A stretch of 63,692 nucleotides of DNA, counting the filler. It is 11 parts of 11 records of this genome, joined end to end, with 100 filler letters (N's around TTAATTAATTAA, not from the genome) between each part and the next. Parts side by side here need not be neighbours in the genome. Positions count along the whole stretch, not along the records: positions 47,180 to 51,664 come from SRR15195285_1215; positions 51,765 to 55,088 come from SRR15195285_1216; positions 55,189 to 59,189 come from SRR15195285_1218; positions 59,290 to 63,692 come from SRR15195285_1225; 7 more parts are not named here. One strand, given 5' to 3'. The notes beneath the pieces were generated by a model. It was not told the DNA's origin. It saw only the letters and a list, made by a program, of their open reading frames with translations, and did not search any database. A program made the translations under genes and the position numbers. The number at the start of each line of letters is the position of its first letter. Position 1 is the first letter of the stretch. Below, one piece after another: positions 48,189 through 59,707 of this stretch.

Positions 48189-50942
48189 TCACACCGGCGG
48201 GAGACTGTAGTCTGCGTTGTGCGCGCCGATCTGCGCGGGAGCCAACCGGAAGGAGGACGGTGTGGCCTCGAACTCTGGAGCAGGCCGAGGCAGCCGGCAT
48301 CCCCAGGTCGCTGGCGTGCAGTCAAGAATCTTGTTGTGCTTGACTTGCGCATCCACCAGCACTTCCGACTGCGAGAGAACCGGCCCGTGCGCGATGCCGC
48401 CCTCTTTGCAGCGCCGGCTGAACTCTTCCCAGGTGTACTTTTTGATCAGGCCACGCCACCACTCCCTATTATGCACACAGACACGCGCAATTGAAACAGC
48501 CGTCTTGTGCAAGAAGCGAAGGACAGGGACGCAGGTCGTGTGCCGAGCAGTCACCGCAGTATAGTAGAGGACACTCACCAGATCTGATCGATGTCCGCGA
48601 TCCGCCCGGGGATGCTTCCCCATGGCCCAGGATTGTCGAACGTTTTGCCGTTGAACTTGCCTCCAAACTTGGCACGGACCTGCGTTGACATTGACATGCA
48701 CGCGCAAGACAATCCCAGTTGTGAAGCAATGTGACGCAGCGAAAGAGCAGAATATGGAGACTTCAGGGGAGTGGTGTGAGTCATGGGCAATCCGGACTGC
48801 TGGAGCAAGCACGGCACAATAAACAGCAGGCATGGAAGGCCAAAGCACTGGATGCGCATGGACATAGTAGCAAGCGCCTCATCTCCTCCTGCTCCTGCTC
48901 ACCTCTGGTGTGATAGCCTCCTTGAAAGTCTCCATAAAGTCTTCGCACTCCTTGTCGCTTAGCGAGAGCGTGAACGCATAAACGCCGTCCTTGCAGCACA
49001 CGGTCTGGTAGCACTGACCAATGCTTGGGAATGCCTTCGCTCCAGAGCCGCCGGGAGCAAGCCACATACTGTTCATCAGGATGTCCGTCGTGGTGTTGTG
49101 GAAGGCGACTGCTTGCATATCAATCTGAATGTGCTGCCCTTTACCGCCAGCGGCTCCGCGCTGCTTCGCGAAGAGCGCCGATGAGGCACACATTGCGGCA
49201 TAAGCAGCAGTTGTCTTTTCGGTCGCCATCGTCTTAAGAAACGTCGGCTGACCCTCGGCATTCTTCTGGTCTTCCGTCTGCCCGCTCGCTGCCTGAACGG
49301 CAAACTCGCCACCTCGCTTCTCAATCGTCACAAAGATGGCACCTGCCGCTGCCTTGCGGAAGGCGTCTTGCGCGCTAGACAGCGCTTGATCTTGCGACGC
49401 GTCAACGAAGATGACATCAGCCTTTTGCAGGAGTGGCAGCAACGCAGGTAGACCATCGCCTGTGGTGTAGTCGATCGCAACGCACTTTTTGTTGCGGTTG
49501 GCTGCAGCGAACATCGCGCCCATAGTAGTTGTGCTCACGTTCGGCTGCTGCCCCATAGAGCGAGCGGCGTCAGCGCTGCCAGGTAGTTCGACCTTCACAC
49601 ACTCGGCCCCCTGGTCCGCCAGCATCATCGCCGCCATTGGTCCCGCCAGCAGAGAGCAGAGATCTAGCACGACGACTCCGTGCATCGTGCCCTTGCCCGC
49701 GCTCCATACAGACGACGTTCCGATTGGTGCACTGAGCGCGCTGCCATTCAGCGTCCGACCTCGCTGCACCTTTTCCCATAGGCCGAAGGCTTTGCCTGCT
49801 TTTGCTACCGCCGCCTTGGCTGGACCCTGGGGCAAGGGCTTCCCCATTGCAGCCATCAGCGTCACGGTGCTCGTCGCGTCACCCTTGCTAAGCATCTCCT
49901 GGATTGACGCGTCGCTCTTGCCGAGCTCCTTCAGGATCTTGACGGTGTGCTCGCCCATCATCGGCGGCCCTGGCCTGGAGCCGAGCGGCGTTCCACTGAA
50001 CGTAGCGGGAAAACGCGGCGCGCGGAACTTTCCGAACAGCGGGAACGACGAGCGGACGGTCTCAAACAAAGCCTCGTGCCCAGCAAGCGCTTGCTTGATC
50101 GAAGCTTTAGGGCAGGTCGCGGCTTGCGTGAAGATCGGTGTCTCGTGTAGAGGCGGCGACGCAGGCGCTGTGGAGTCCGCGTACACGTCGTTCCAGTAGT
50201 TGTCAGGCCACAGCCACTGTAGCGCAAGGTCGAGCATCGACATCTGGATGTGCTGCCCGCCAGCGCCGCGGTCGCGTGCGAAAAGCGCCGATGTGATGGC
50301 CTGTGCGGAGGCGAGCGCACAGGCCTTGTCAAAGATCACTTGGGCCGCCAACCTGGCCTCGCCAGTCTCGGTGCGCTGGACATCCGCAAAGCCGGACAAC
50401 ACCTGGATGATTGGATCGTAGATTCGACCCTCTGAGTAAGGTCCCGTTGGACCGAAGCCACTGGACGAGAGGTAGATCACGTCCGGGTTCGCCTTCTTGA
50501 CCGCGTCGTAGTCGATGCCCATGCGCTCGACGGCCCCGGGTCGGAAATTCTGCAGGACCACGTCGCACTGCTTGGCGAGCTCCATGAAGGTCGCCTTTCC
50601 CTCGGCAGACTTGAGGTTGAGCATCACGGACTGCTTGGACCGAGCGGTGCCGATGAACATCCCGCCCATCCCGCGTGCTGGTGAGGTGCCGAGGCCACGC
50701 GCCGAGTCAGCCATGGCCATTGACTCGACCTTGATGACCTCTGCCCCGAGATCGCCCAAGACTGCAGCCGCAAACGGCGCGGCGATGACCACCGAGGCAT
50801 CGAGCACCTTCACGCCGGCGAGCGGACCGGACGGCGCCGGGCGGGTGACGACGGAGCAGCACGAGTAGAGGCAGTAGCCGAGCGAGGCCGCGCCCGCGGC
50901 GGCGGCCGCCTGCGGAGCAGTGACGTTTGAGAGCGCGTCCAT
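48189..50942 (-). CDS. Family III (CaiB/BaiF) CoA-transferase with two tandem domains
   Basis: Domain 1: PLAGVKVLD..AAPFA..LGDLGAEVIKVE..RSKQSVMLNLK..DVVLQNFRPG..SGFG.TGPY..YD. Domain 2: MHGVVVLD..LAGPMA..LADQGAECVKVE..NRNKKC. Ends AP.IGAHN. Confidence 0.92.
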
Positions 50943-51664
50943 GGAACGCCGGGTTGGCGCCGCGCGCCCGCGGAGCGCGATGGGGCGCGCACACGGGTCG
51001 CGGCGACGAACGCGCGGCGGCCGCGCGCACTGTGTCGAGTCCGCGGCCCGGACTGTCGAGTCCGCGGCCACGCACGCGTTGGCACACGGGTCGCGACGAA
51101 CGCGGCCCGCGCGCGCGCACTGACCGACAGCCCTCCCGACGGCGGCTGTGGGAGTAAGCAGGGCAGTATATGGATCTAAATCATTTTCTCCGGCACTTTC
51201 AGCCACCGTCGTCGCCAGCGGCGTCGTCGCCAGCGGCGGACACCAGCTATCGCCAGGCTGACGGCGATCTGCGCGCCCTCCCCCCCGGGCGGGCTTGCTA
51301 GTGGCGCGCACCGGTCCGAGCGTGGCGGCCGGAGCGACGGGCGAAGAAGTTCCGAAGAAGTACCTGCCCACGCGCCTTGGGGTGGGGTGGGCTGTGGCGC
51401 GCGCGCGAGAGATGGCGCAGATGGCCACGGCCGGCGGGGCGGACGCCCCGTTCTGCATCATACCGGACCTGCCGCTGACGGATCGGAGCACGTGTTAAGA
51501 CAGGATTAGTCTAGTTAGATTCATGCGATTCGTAGAGCGCAGCAAGCGCCGGGGTGGCTTGGATAATTGGGTCCGCGCGGCAGGCGCCGGGGCGACTTGG
51601 ATTATAGGATAGCAGGGCTGAGTTCAGCTGGACGGTGCAGTGGCGCTGACTCCAGTCTCTCTCC

Positions 51665-51764
51665 NNNNNNNNNNNNNNNNNNNNNNNNNNNNNNNNNNNN
51701 NNNNNNNNTTAATTAATTAANNNNNNNNNNNNNNNNNNNNNNNNNNNNNNNNNNNNNNNNNNNN
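51665..51764. other. Artificial contig linker
   Basis: N44-TTAATTAATTAA-N44. Confidence 0.98.
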
Positions 51765-51896
51765 ATCCCAGTAGTCTAGAGCCTCGCTATCGCGACATGT
51801 ATGCGTGCGCGTCCGAGTGCATGCGCGTGCGTCCGTGCGTGGGCGGCGGGCCACGCACGGACGCGCGCGCGGTCGCCGTGTGACATCACTTTGGGT

Positions 51897-53206
51897 ATGG
51901 CGTATCGGCGACTGCACTGCCGTCTGGGCCGCTTGTCAGACCACCTCGCGTCGGCCGCGGCGGGTGCAGCAGCTGATGGTACGCCAGATGTGGAGGAGGA
52001 AGCGGTCTCGGTCGCGATCTCGGAATACGGTGCGCATTTCCGGAATTGTGAGGTGCGCGTGCTGGTCCTCATCGTGCTGCGGTGCGCATAGGCACCTCGA
52101 TAAACGTTGATCCCCTAATGCAAGAGTTTGAACGGTACGGGATCATGTCGAATGTCGTGGAGCTGGAAGCTTATGGAATCACGGTTGTCCCTCCTGAGAA
52201 GCTAAATTGGAAGCCAGATTTCGCGGACCGCCTAAAGTACGCCATCGTGCGCACGTGCGAGCAGCGAAACAATATGGCGATTGGCGACCCAGACACAACC
52301 CAGATCCGCGGGAAAGAGGCGGCCAAGCTGGGTGCAAACAGTTGGGATCTGATTGAAGAGGACCCCGTGTTTGTTGAGGCCGCCACGAATCCGGTCCAGC
52401 TCGCCCTGGTTCGCTGGCTGCTCGGTCAGTCGGCAGTCTTTGGTGGGCAGACTTGGATTATGAAGCGCCCAAGCAAGCGAACGCCCGGCGTCACCCAATC
52501 AATGGGCCTGCACTCCGACTCGCATGGATTGCCACCTGGGAGTGGCTCCATCGCGCACATGTGCAACGCTTCGATCTTGGCGACCGACTACGTATCCGCG
52601 GAGGATGGGCCGACCGTCTTCGTTCCAGGAAGGTACGCCAAGCAGAGTCGAATTGCAAGATGTCGTGCGAAATTGATCCGAATACCACATGCGTGCGCAT
52701 ACGCAGCCACAAATTTGGCCGTGCCACGCTCCCACACGAGACGATGTCGCTTGCCGACAATAGTGGTTTCAAGGCGTTTCCGCTCATTGGCAAGAAAGGG
52801 AGCCTTGCTCTGTGGAACGGCGCGGTGTGGCATGCGAGTCTGCCGCGGTATAAGCCCGGCTTGAGAGTGACGCTTGTTCAAAATTATTTCAGAACGTACA
52901 TGCGCCCACAAGCTGTGAGCCCTATAACGCTATCTATTGCATGATTGTGCTAACCTCAAGCTCGTTACAAGCAAAGTCACTAACTGCGAGGTGACGACTA
53001 CCTGTCTGCCACAGATGTACGATCGTCAGCTTTCATCCGAGTTTCTACACGCGAACCCGGAACTGAAGCGCTTGGTCAACGGTCCCGAAGACACGGGGCA
53101 GCTGTACCCGTACGAGCAAACTGGTTCTGGCCCAAAAGGCACTTGGTTAGGAGACACTGCCCGGATTGCGCCGTTCATGCGTACGGGTACTGATCCGTAC
53201 GCGTAG
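51897..53206 (+). CDS. PhyH-family Fe(II)/2-oxoglutarate dioxygenase with PTS2-like N-terminus
   Basis: ELEAYGITVV, LHSDS (HxD), DGPTVFVPG|SH, GKKGSLALWNGAVWHA, R..LVQNYFRTYMRPQ. N-terminal RLGRLSDHL. Confidence 0.88.
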
Positions 53207-53420
53207 TCGCAGTTTCAATCCGCATGAACCCGCAGTTAGGTAGTGATTCATCCAGTGCCGTCATAGGCAGGAGGAGTTCGTCACCGACACGGAGACGCTT
53301 GCAGAGGAGGACTGGTGGGTGATGGTTCTTGGCGTCAGATTGGCCCCCAACTCAATCTCCCGATTTTATTTGAAGCGCAGTTCAAACAATCTATGCAATC
53401 GAGAAAATCCGTTCGGAGGC

Positions 53421-54922
53421 TTACGTGCAATTGCCGACTCTCAACAACAGCGCTTGTCTATATCGTAGCGAGTACTCACTTGCGCTTCCTACTACCACAG
53501 TGCTAGATGCGTTCTTCCACACGTCTACTACCTCGCACTGCACGCCTGCTTTTGGAGAGAAATACACGTCGGGCACAGAGGCGAGCACGAAAGTGAAAGT
53601 CAACGACGCCGGTCCTGTCATCTGATTGCGAAAAAGTACAACCCCCACCCCTCCCTGCGGTAGTGGTTTTGCCCATACCGCCACGCCATCTGATGAGTTA
53701 TCAACGATAAAATCTCCACCATGCCCGGCCCAAAGCTGGTTAATTGCAATAGCGTGAGGATTGAGAAGGATCTCGATCATCGCTTTTGGTACCGGCCGAG
53801 ATTCAATGCATGTTTCGCCGAAGGTTTTTGGGCAGCTCCCATTGTAACCTGGGGCTTTGCAACCGGGATGCGGTCCAAACGAGCTTGCAGGACAAATTCG
53901 CCCGCTCCACGAGACTGCCGCGACCAGCGGGGCGCTGACTACAGACCAGAGGCTCATGATCGCCTGAACAGTACACGTATGGATACACCAGCACATGCAT
54001 GCATGAACACGAGCGGGTATCACAGGTGCAGACGCATGGCAAAGCTTCCAAGCAGCTGAAATCGACCCACCTGGTTTTGGTCTAGCGACAGTTGCGTGCC
54101 ATCGTAGAAATTATCCCCGACGTCAACTGTCAGATACCCCGGGTCCAGCCAGGCTCCAGGACGTGCCAAGTGGCCACGCCCTTTTACGGAGTTGTGGCGT
54201 TCGATAATGACATCCCACATGTCGTCGCCATCTGCCGGTTGGTACATCGTTGTGCTTGTCTTGTAGCACCACTCAGGAAGGTACGAGCCGAAGATCTTCG
54301 CGCTACAACCACCGCTCCCACCAGTGCAGCAACCGACCTGTGAGTTCATCAGCATTACCCTCCGTTCCGGCACCATCTGGTCAAACAATGTGCGCCACTT
54401 CTCCATTACGCCTCGAGCTGCGGTAGCTGGGCTGCCGCAGTCGTCCAGTTTCAGCAAAGATATATTCCATGAGGCAAACAGAGCCGCATCCTTCTCCTCG
54501 TTTCCGCCAGATCCGCCAACGTCTTTCGAGCACATCACAGCATCGGCACTGGTATACATGCCGAATGCGAAGCCCCGCGCAGTGACGTACCGTGAAAGCG
54601 GCAACATGCCGGGGCCGTTCCCACTGGTGCCGGAGGATGGGAACTTGCTCTCGTTGACCGTCAGGTAACCGCTTGCGTTGCGTCGGACCTTACCACTCTT
54701 CCCGCCGCCCCACCACCCGCCATCAAGGGACAGTGTGTGGTATCCTGCAGCGTGCATCCCAGAAGACACCAACCCATCAGCGGCTGCCCGGACATCTGTC
54801 TCGTTGGCTTCAAAGTGGAAAGATTTCCACGCTGTCCATCCCATCACTGGCCCCTGTGGAGGAGACCACATCTTCTCGGCGGCGAAAGAGCTCAGCAGCC
54901 CGACCATCGGCCACGCTGCCAT
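53421..54922 (-). CDS. Alpha-galactosidase-like glycoside hydrolase (GH27), divergent
   Basis: PVMGWTAW, ADGLVSSGMHAAGY..LSLDGGW, KFPS, FGMYTS, DAALFASW..LLKLDDC, PGAWLDP, MSLWSVVSAPL, ILLNPHAIAINQ, VWAKPL, VVDVW. Confidence 0.85.
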
Positions 54923-55088
54923 TGTTTCCTCGTCGACGGGCGTGCGTGCACTCCGGATCGCCAGCAGTGCGCGCGTACTACTCGACCTTGGTAGTAATAG
55001 ATATAATATATGCAAGCGCGCCACGCGCGGCGCGCGGCACGCATTCCTCAAACACTACTGAGTGCTACGCCCGAGTCGAGGCCCCAGA

Positions 55089-55188
55089 NNNNNNNNNNNN
55101 NNNNNNNNNNNNNNNNNNNNNNNNNNNNNNNNTTAATTAATTAANNNNNNNNNNNNNNNNNNNNNNNNNNNNNNNNNNNNNNNNNNNN
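55089..55188. other. Artificial contig linker
   Basis: N44-TTAATTAATTAA-N44. Confidence 0.98.
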
Positions 55189-55305
55189 GTCTGTCTGTCT
55201 GTCTGTCTGTCTGTCTGGGGAGGGAGGGAGGAGGGAGGAGTGAGAGAGGGTGGGAGCGCGCGCGCGCGACAGACAGACAGAGAGTGAGACAGAGAGACAG
55301 AGAGG
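55189..55305. repeat. (GTCT)n / (GA)n microsatellite, probably intronic in the malate synthase gene
   Basis: Seven GTCT units followed by GGAG/GACA/GA repeats at the contig start. Confidence 0.8.
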
Positions 55306-55548
55306 GCGACACAAAAACTGTCCGTCGCTGTCCTTCTCCCACCTCCTTTCTTCTCTAGCTCGACCTCCTTCATTTTCTCTGGCCTTCCGCTGTTCCTCTC
55401 TCGACTACGTTCCTTCCCCGTGACCTTCTCTCTACGGGCACTCAAGCTTGCTCTCTATCCACCCGCCTCCCCCTGCCAGCTCAGCAGAACAGGGAGCTCG
55501 AGGTCGCAACGCAGCTGTGCTCACCTGCCGTGGTGGGCGGGCGCGCAG

Positions 55549-57904
55549 GCCCTGCTGGAGAAGCGCGACGCCATTCAGGCGCAGCTTGACGCGTGGTACG
55601 TGCAGAACGCCGGCGCGCCGATCGATTCTGCGGAGTACGGTGCGTTCCTGGCCGAGATCGGCTACCTCGTGCCGGAGGAGATCGCGCAGGTGACGACGTC
55701 GAAGGTGGACCCAGAGATCGCGACAATCTCCGGTCCACAGCTTGTCTGTCCCGTCGACAACGCTCGCTTCGCGCTCAACGCAGCAAACGCGCGGTGGGGC
55801 TCGCTGCTGGATGCGTTCTACGGCACGGACAGTGTGCCCGGCGATCGCGACGGCCCGTACAACACCGAACGCGGACGACTTGTCTTCGATGCAGCCGAGG
55901 CATTTCTCGACAAGACGTGGCCGCTGGCAGGCACGGAGAAGTATGCGGACGTGCGCAAGTACGCGATTGCTGATGCAGCTGGAGGCAGCAAGCAGCTGGT
56001 CTGCACACTGCAGGACGGGACAGAGCTCGGGCTTGCTGACCCGATGGGTTTCATTGGGTACAACATGGACGGTGACACGCTGACGTCAATCCTCCTCGTC
56101 GACAACGGCTTGCACTGCGAGATCCAGATCGACCCGACAGATACCATCGGGAGCACCCACCCAGCGGGAATGAAAGATTGCATCCTCGAGTCGGCTGTGA
56201 CCACGATCATGGACTGTGAGGACTCTGTGGCCGCAGTGGACGCGATCGACAAATCCATTGTGTACTCGAACTGGGGAGGGCTGATGCGCGGCGATCTCAG
56301 CGACTCTTTCGAGAAAGATGGCGCCGTCATGACGCGAGCTCTTAACCCGGACCTCGAGTTCACGGCAGCTGGCGGTGGAACGATCACGCTACCTGGGCGT
56401 GCATTGCTCCTTGTCCGCAACGTCGGCATCCACATGTACACCGACGCTGTTACTACGGCGGACGGCGCGGACGTACCCGAGGGCCTGCTAGACGCTATGG
56501 TCACGGTTTTGGCTACTATGCCTGACCTTGCACAGACGAACGCCTTGTCGAACTCCCGTGCCGGTAGCATCTACATCGTCAAGCCGAAGATGCACGGGCC
56601 GGAGGAGGTCGCGTACGTGGCAGAGGTATTCAGTGCGGTCGAGAAGGCACTCGGACTGGAGCATGCGACGGTCAAGCTTGGCATCATGGATGAGGAGCGC
56701 CGCACGAGCGTCAACCTTGGCGCGTGCATTGCTGCCGCAGCGGAGCGCGTCGCGTTCATCAACACTGGCTTTCTTGACCGCACAGGTGATGAGATTCACA
56801 CTTCGATGGAAGCTGGCCCGTTCCTGCCGAAGGCTGAGATTAAGGGTGAACCTTGGATTGCGGCATACGAGGATCAGAATGTTGATGTTGGCCTTGCGAG
56901 CGGCATGAAGGGCGTTGGGCAGATCGGCAAAGGCATGTGGGCGGCACCTGATGATATGGCGCAAATGCTCGTGGAAAAGATTGGCCACCCGACAGCTGGC
57001 GCGACCACTGCCTGGGTGCCCTCGCCCACTGCAGCTACGCTGCACGCTATGCATTACCATGCCGTCTCCGTCAAGGAACGCCAAGGTGATCTACTTGATG
57101 GTGGGCGTCGGGCCAGCGTTGAAACGATCCTTGTCCCTCCTATCATGCCAGCAGGTCGCGTGCTCAGTGCAGAGGAGGTGGAACGCGAGCTCGAGAACAA
57201 CTCTCAGGGCATTCTTGGCTATGTCGTTCGCTGGATTGACCAGGGCGTCGGCTGCTCAAAGGTACGACAGACAAGAAGATCGATACTGTCGCAGTACTGT
57301 GGCTGTTCTGTTGATGATTGTACTTTTCAACTCTGCAGCTTTGTGCGTGCGTGTGCGGTGGTGGCTACCTTATTGCATGCAGGTGCCAGATCTCAGCAAC
57401 ACAGCTTTGATGGAGGACCGAGCCACGTTGCGTATCTCCAGCCAGCACATGGCTAATTGGCTGCACCACGGCATCTGCACGGAAGAGCAAGTCATGGATG
57501 CACTTAGGAAGATGGCAGTGGTTGTTGTGCGTCTCCCGCCGCAAGTGCCTCCTTCGCACGCAAGCCGCTGCACCTGCTTTTGCGCATGTATCTTCGCCGC
57601 GAGGCGATACACCGTCTGCTGCTTGCTGGCGACGGTGGTTTGATCCAGCAGTGTCCTGCTCTCGCAGGACGGTCAAAACGCTGACGATGCGCTATATGTC
57701 CCCATGGCGCCGAACTTTGACGGCGTCGCCTTCGAGGCTGCTGTTGAGCTGGTGCTCGGTGGCCGAACGGCTCCAAACGGCTACACGGAGGACACCCTGA
57801 CCTCGTTTAGGCGCAAGGCCAAGACAGTGCAGGCGACGGCCGAGGCAGAGACGGCAGTCTCGGCATCCGGCGCAGCAGGGGTGGAGAGCCGCCCGAGGCT
57901 TTAG
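55549..57904 (+). CDS. glcB: Malate synthase G (5'-truncated) ending in PTS1-like -PRL
   Basis: [120 protein letters not shown]. Two GT-AG introns near the 3' end. Confidence 0.96.
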
Positions 57905-58214
57905 GAAGTGGACGCACTCATCTGAATTGTACCTGCCTGACGCGAGGTTCCTGTGTCTGATTGGCCAATACAATTGTATACTGCAGCACGCTCAAACAAA
58001 TTGTGGGCCACAGGGCGACTCGTGAGCCGCATTCATTGATCTTGTGCACCGTGTGCCTGGAAAACAGTCGCCAGCGTCGCACGCTATCTCGCTTATCGGA
58101 TTCTGTCGATGCTACCGCGGGATTGCTCGCATGGTGCTTACGAGCACCTCACAGCGTGCGTCATGTTGCAGCTCAGGTTGTTCAAGATATAAGCGTATGC
58201 ACCTACACACGTGC

Positions 58215-58949
58215 TCAAAGTGCCCGCAGTCCTACCCGCACTCCGCCAAGAACATTTCTCATCGTCCTGCCGCGCTTGGCCTGCCTCCCCCGAGTCTCGA
58301 CCTGTTTCGCTTCCGCCTGTTTGACAAGTGCTTCGGACTTGTCGATCCAGCTCTGCTCGAACCGGGCTTGCCAGCCAGATGCGCCGCTCTCACTTCTTCG
58401 CGCCTCATCGTACTGCTCCTGCGTCGGCGGAGGACCCCAGAACTGCTGCATGAGTGGTCCGGGCTTAACTGTCACGTCGTCCAGCTCTTCCGTGGTAACC
58501 TCGCCGAGCTTCCGGTGCCGGCTGGTCGATGTCTTGGCCTGTTCCCTCGGCTGGTGCAGATTCCGCGAGAGATTTGTCAGGCCCTTCGCCCGCGCCTCGC
58601 TGGTCTTCATGCCACCGAACGCCGAGACAGCGCGCTGCCCAACAAGCAGTTTCTTGTCGATGGCGTAGGTGGCGCGTCCCATCGTGCTGCGGCACAAAAG
58701 GGGTCAAGCAGCTGCTCATGCGTAATGCAGCTGAACCCTGAGGTGGGGGTCGAGAGAACAGAGGACCGGTTTGGAAACTGAGACTCACGAGCGCAGCCGC
58801 AGCGTCAGCTTCACATGTCCGATGCTCTCCTGCACCTTCGCGGGGTCGGAGGAGATTTTCTTCAGGTTCTCCAACCGCTCCACCAGGCTTCCGAGCAGCT
58901 CATCGCTCAGTGCGTGTATGTTCTCCCCTTTCCCCGAAGGCGCACTCAT
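58215..58949 (-). CDS. Hypothetical ~210-aa protein (2 exons)
   Basis: From ATG 58949, MSAPSGKGEN...LRLR; a GTGAGT..GCAG intron joins in frame to STMGRATY...LRAL*. No recognised domain. Confidence 0.55.
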
Positions 58950-59189
58950 GGCTGCGAAAAACAAAAACTGAAGTTGACCCGTCCCGTGCTCTCTGGGGCG
59001 GCAAACCACAGTGTATGACAAAACCGCCTCAGCCCCGCTCCGCCGCCATTCGCACGCGAGCGCTCAGGAAGGCTCCCACGTTACTCGCTCACAGGCGTTT
59101 CACCACTGCGTACAAACGTGCCGGCTCTGCCACAGGCCGCAGTCAACACTAGGGTGGGAGGAAAGTCCGCTTTTTCGCCCCAGTCAATA

Positions 59190-59289
59190 NNNNNNNNNNN
59201 NNNNNNNNNNNNNNNNNNNNNNNNNNNNNNNNNTTAATTAATTAANNNNNNNNNNNNNNNNNNNNNNNNNNNNNNNNNNNNNNNNNNNN
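59190..59289. other. Artificial contig linker
   Basis: N44-TTAATTAATTAA-N44. Confidence 0.98.
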
Positions 59290-59707
59290 ACAGACAACTA
59301 CTTTTTACCTTCCCTCATTCGTGGACATCCCAGTACTGGTACGATAGTCCCGGGTACCCCGGCGCTTGACTTTGCATCGGAATGATCAAGAGTCATCATG
59401 CATGAGTCAACCTGCTCAGTGCTCACTGCTCTCCCGGGACCCACTGAAGTGTGAAGATCAAGATGACCGCCGTTGCCGAAATCAGAGATTATCGCCCTGG
59501 GCTGCTGGGCTGCTGGGGCTGTAGCGACGCCATCCTGGCCCCCCTCTGCGCGGACCATAGGCCCGGCAGCACGGTGGTGCTAGTAGCGGCAGAGCGTGCT
59601 ATCGCGATGGGCAGCGGTGAGCTTGGGCGCCTGCCGACGTAAGCTGGCTGGAGGCTTGCAGCTGCGAGGCGGCGGAGTGAGCGGCGCGGCGGTGAGGGCG
59701 GCGCGGC

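Noticed and set aside
50943-51491. 183-aa N-terminal extension of the CoA-transferase ORF
   Set aside because: GC-rich, repeat-containing upstream DNA that is open by chance. The likely start is ATG 50942 (MDALSNV).
55818-56570. 250-aa minus-strand ORF
   Set aside because: Antisense to malate synthase G.
48189-57904. A peroxisomal/acyl-CoA 'gene cluster' (CoA-transferase, PhyH, malate synthase)
   Set aside because: The three genes are on three different contigs separated by linkers, so their adjacency is an artefact.
10749-59289. Ten regularly recurring TTAATTAATTAA elements as a biological repeat or CRISPR-like array
   Set aside because: Each is centred in exactly 44+44 Ns. It is an artificial six-frame-stop linker used to join contigs.
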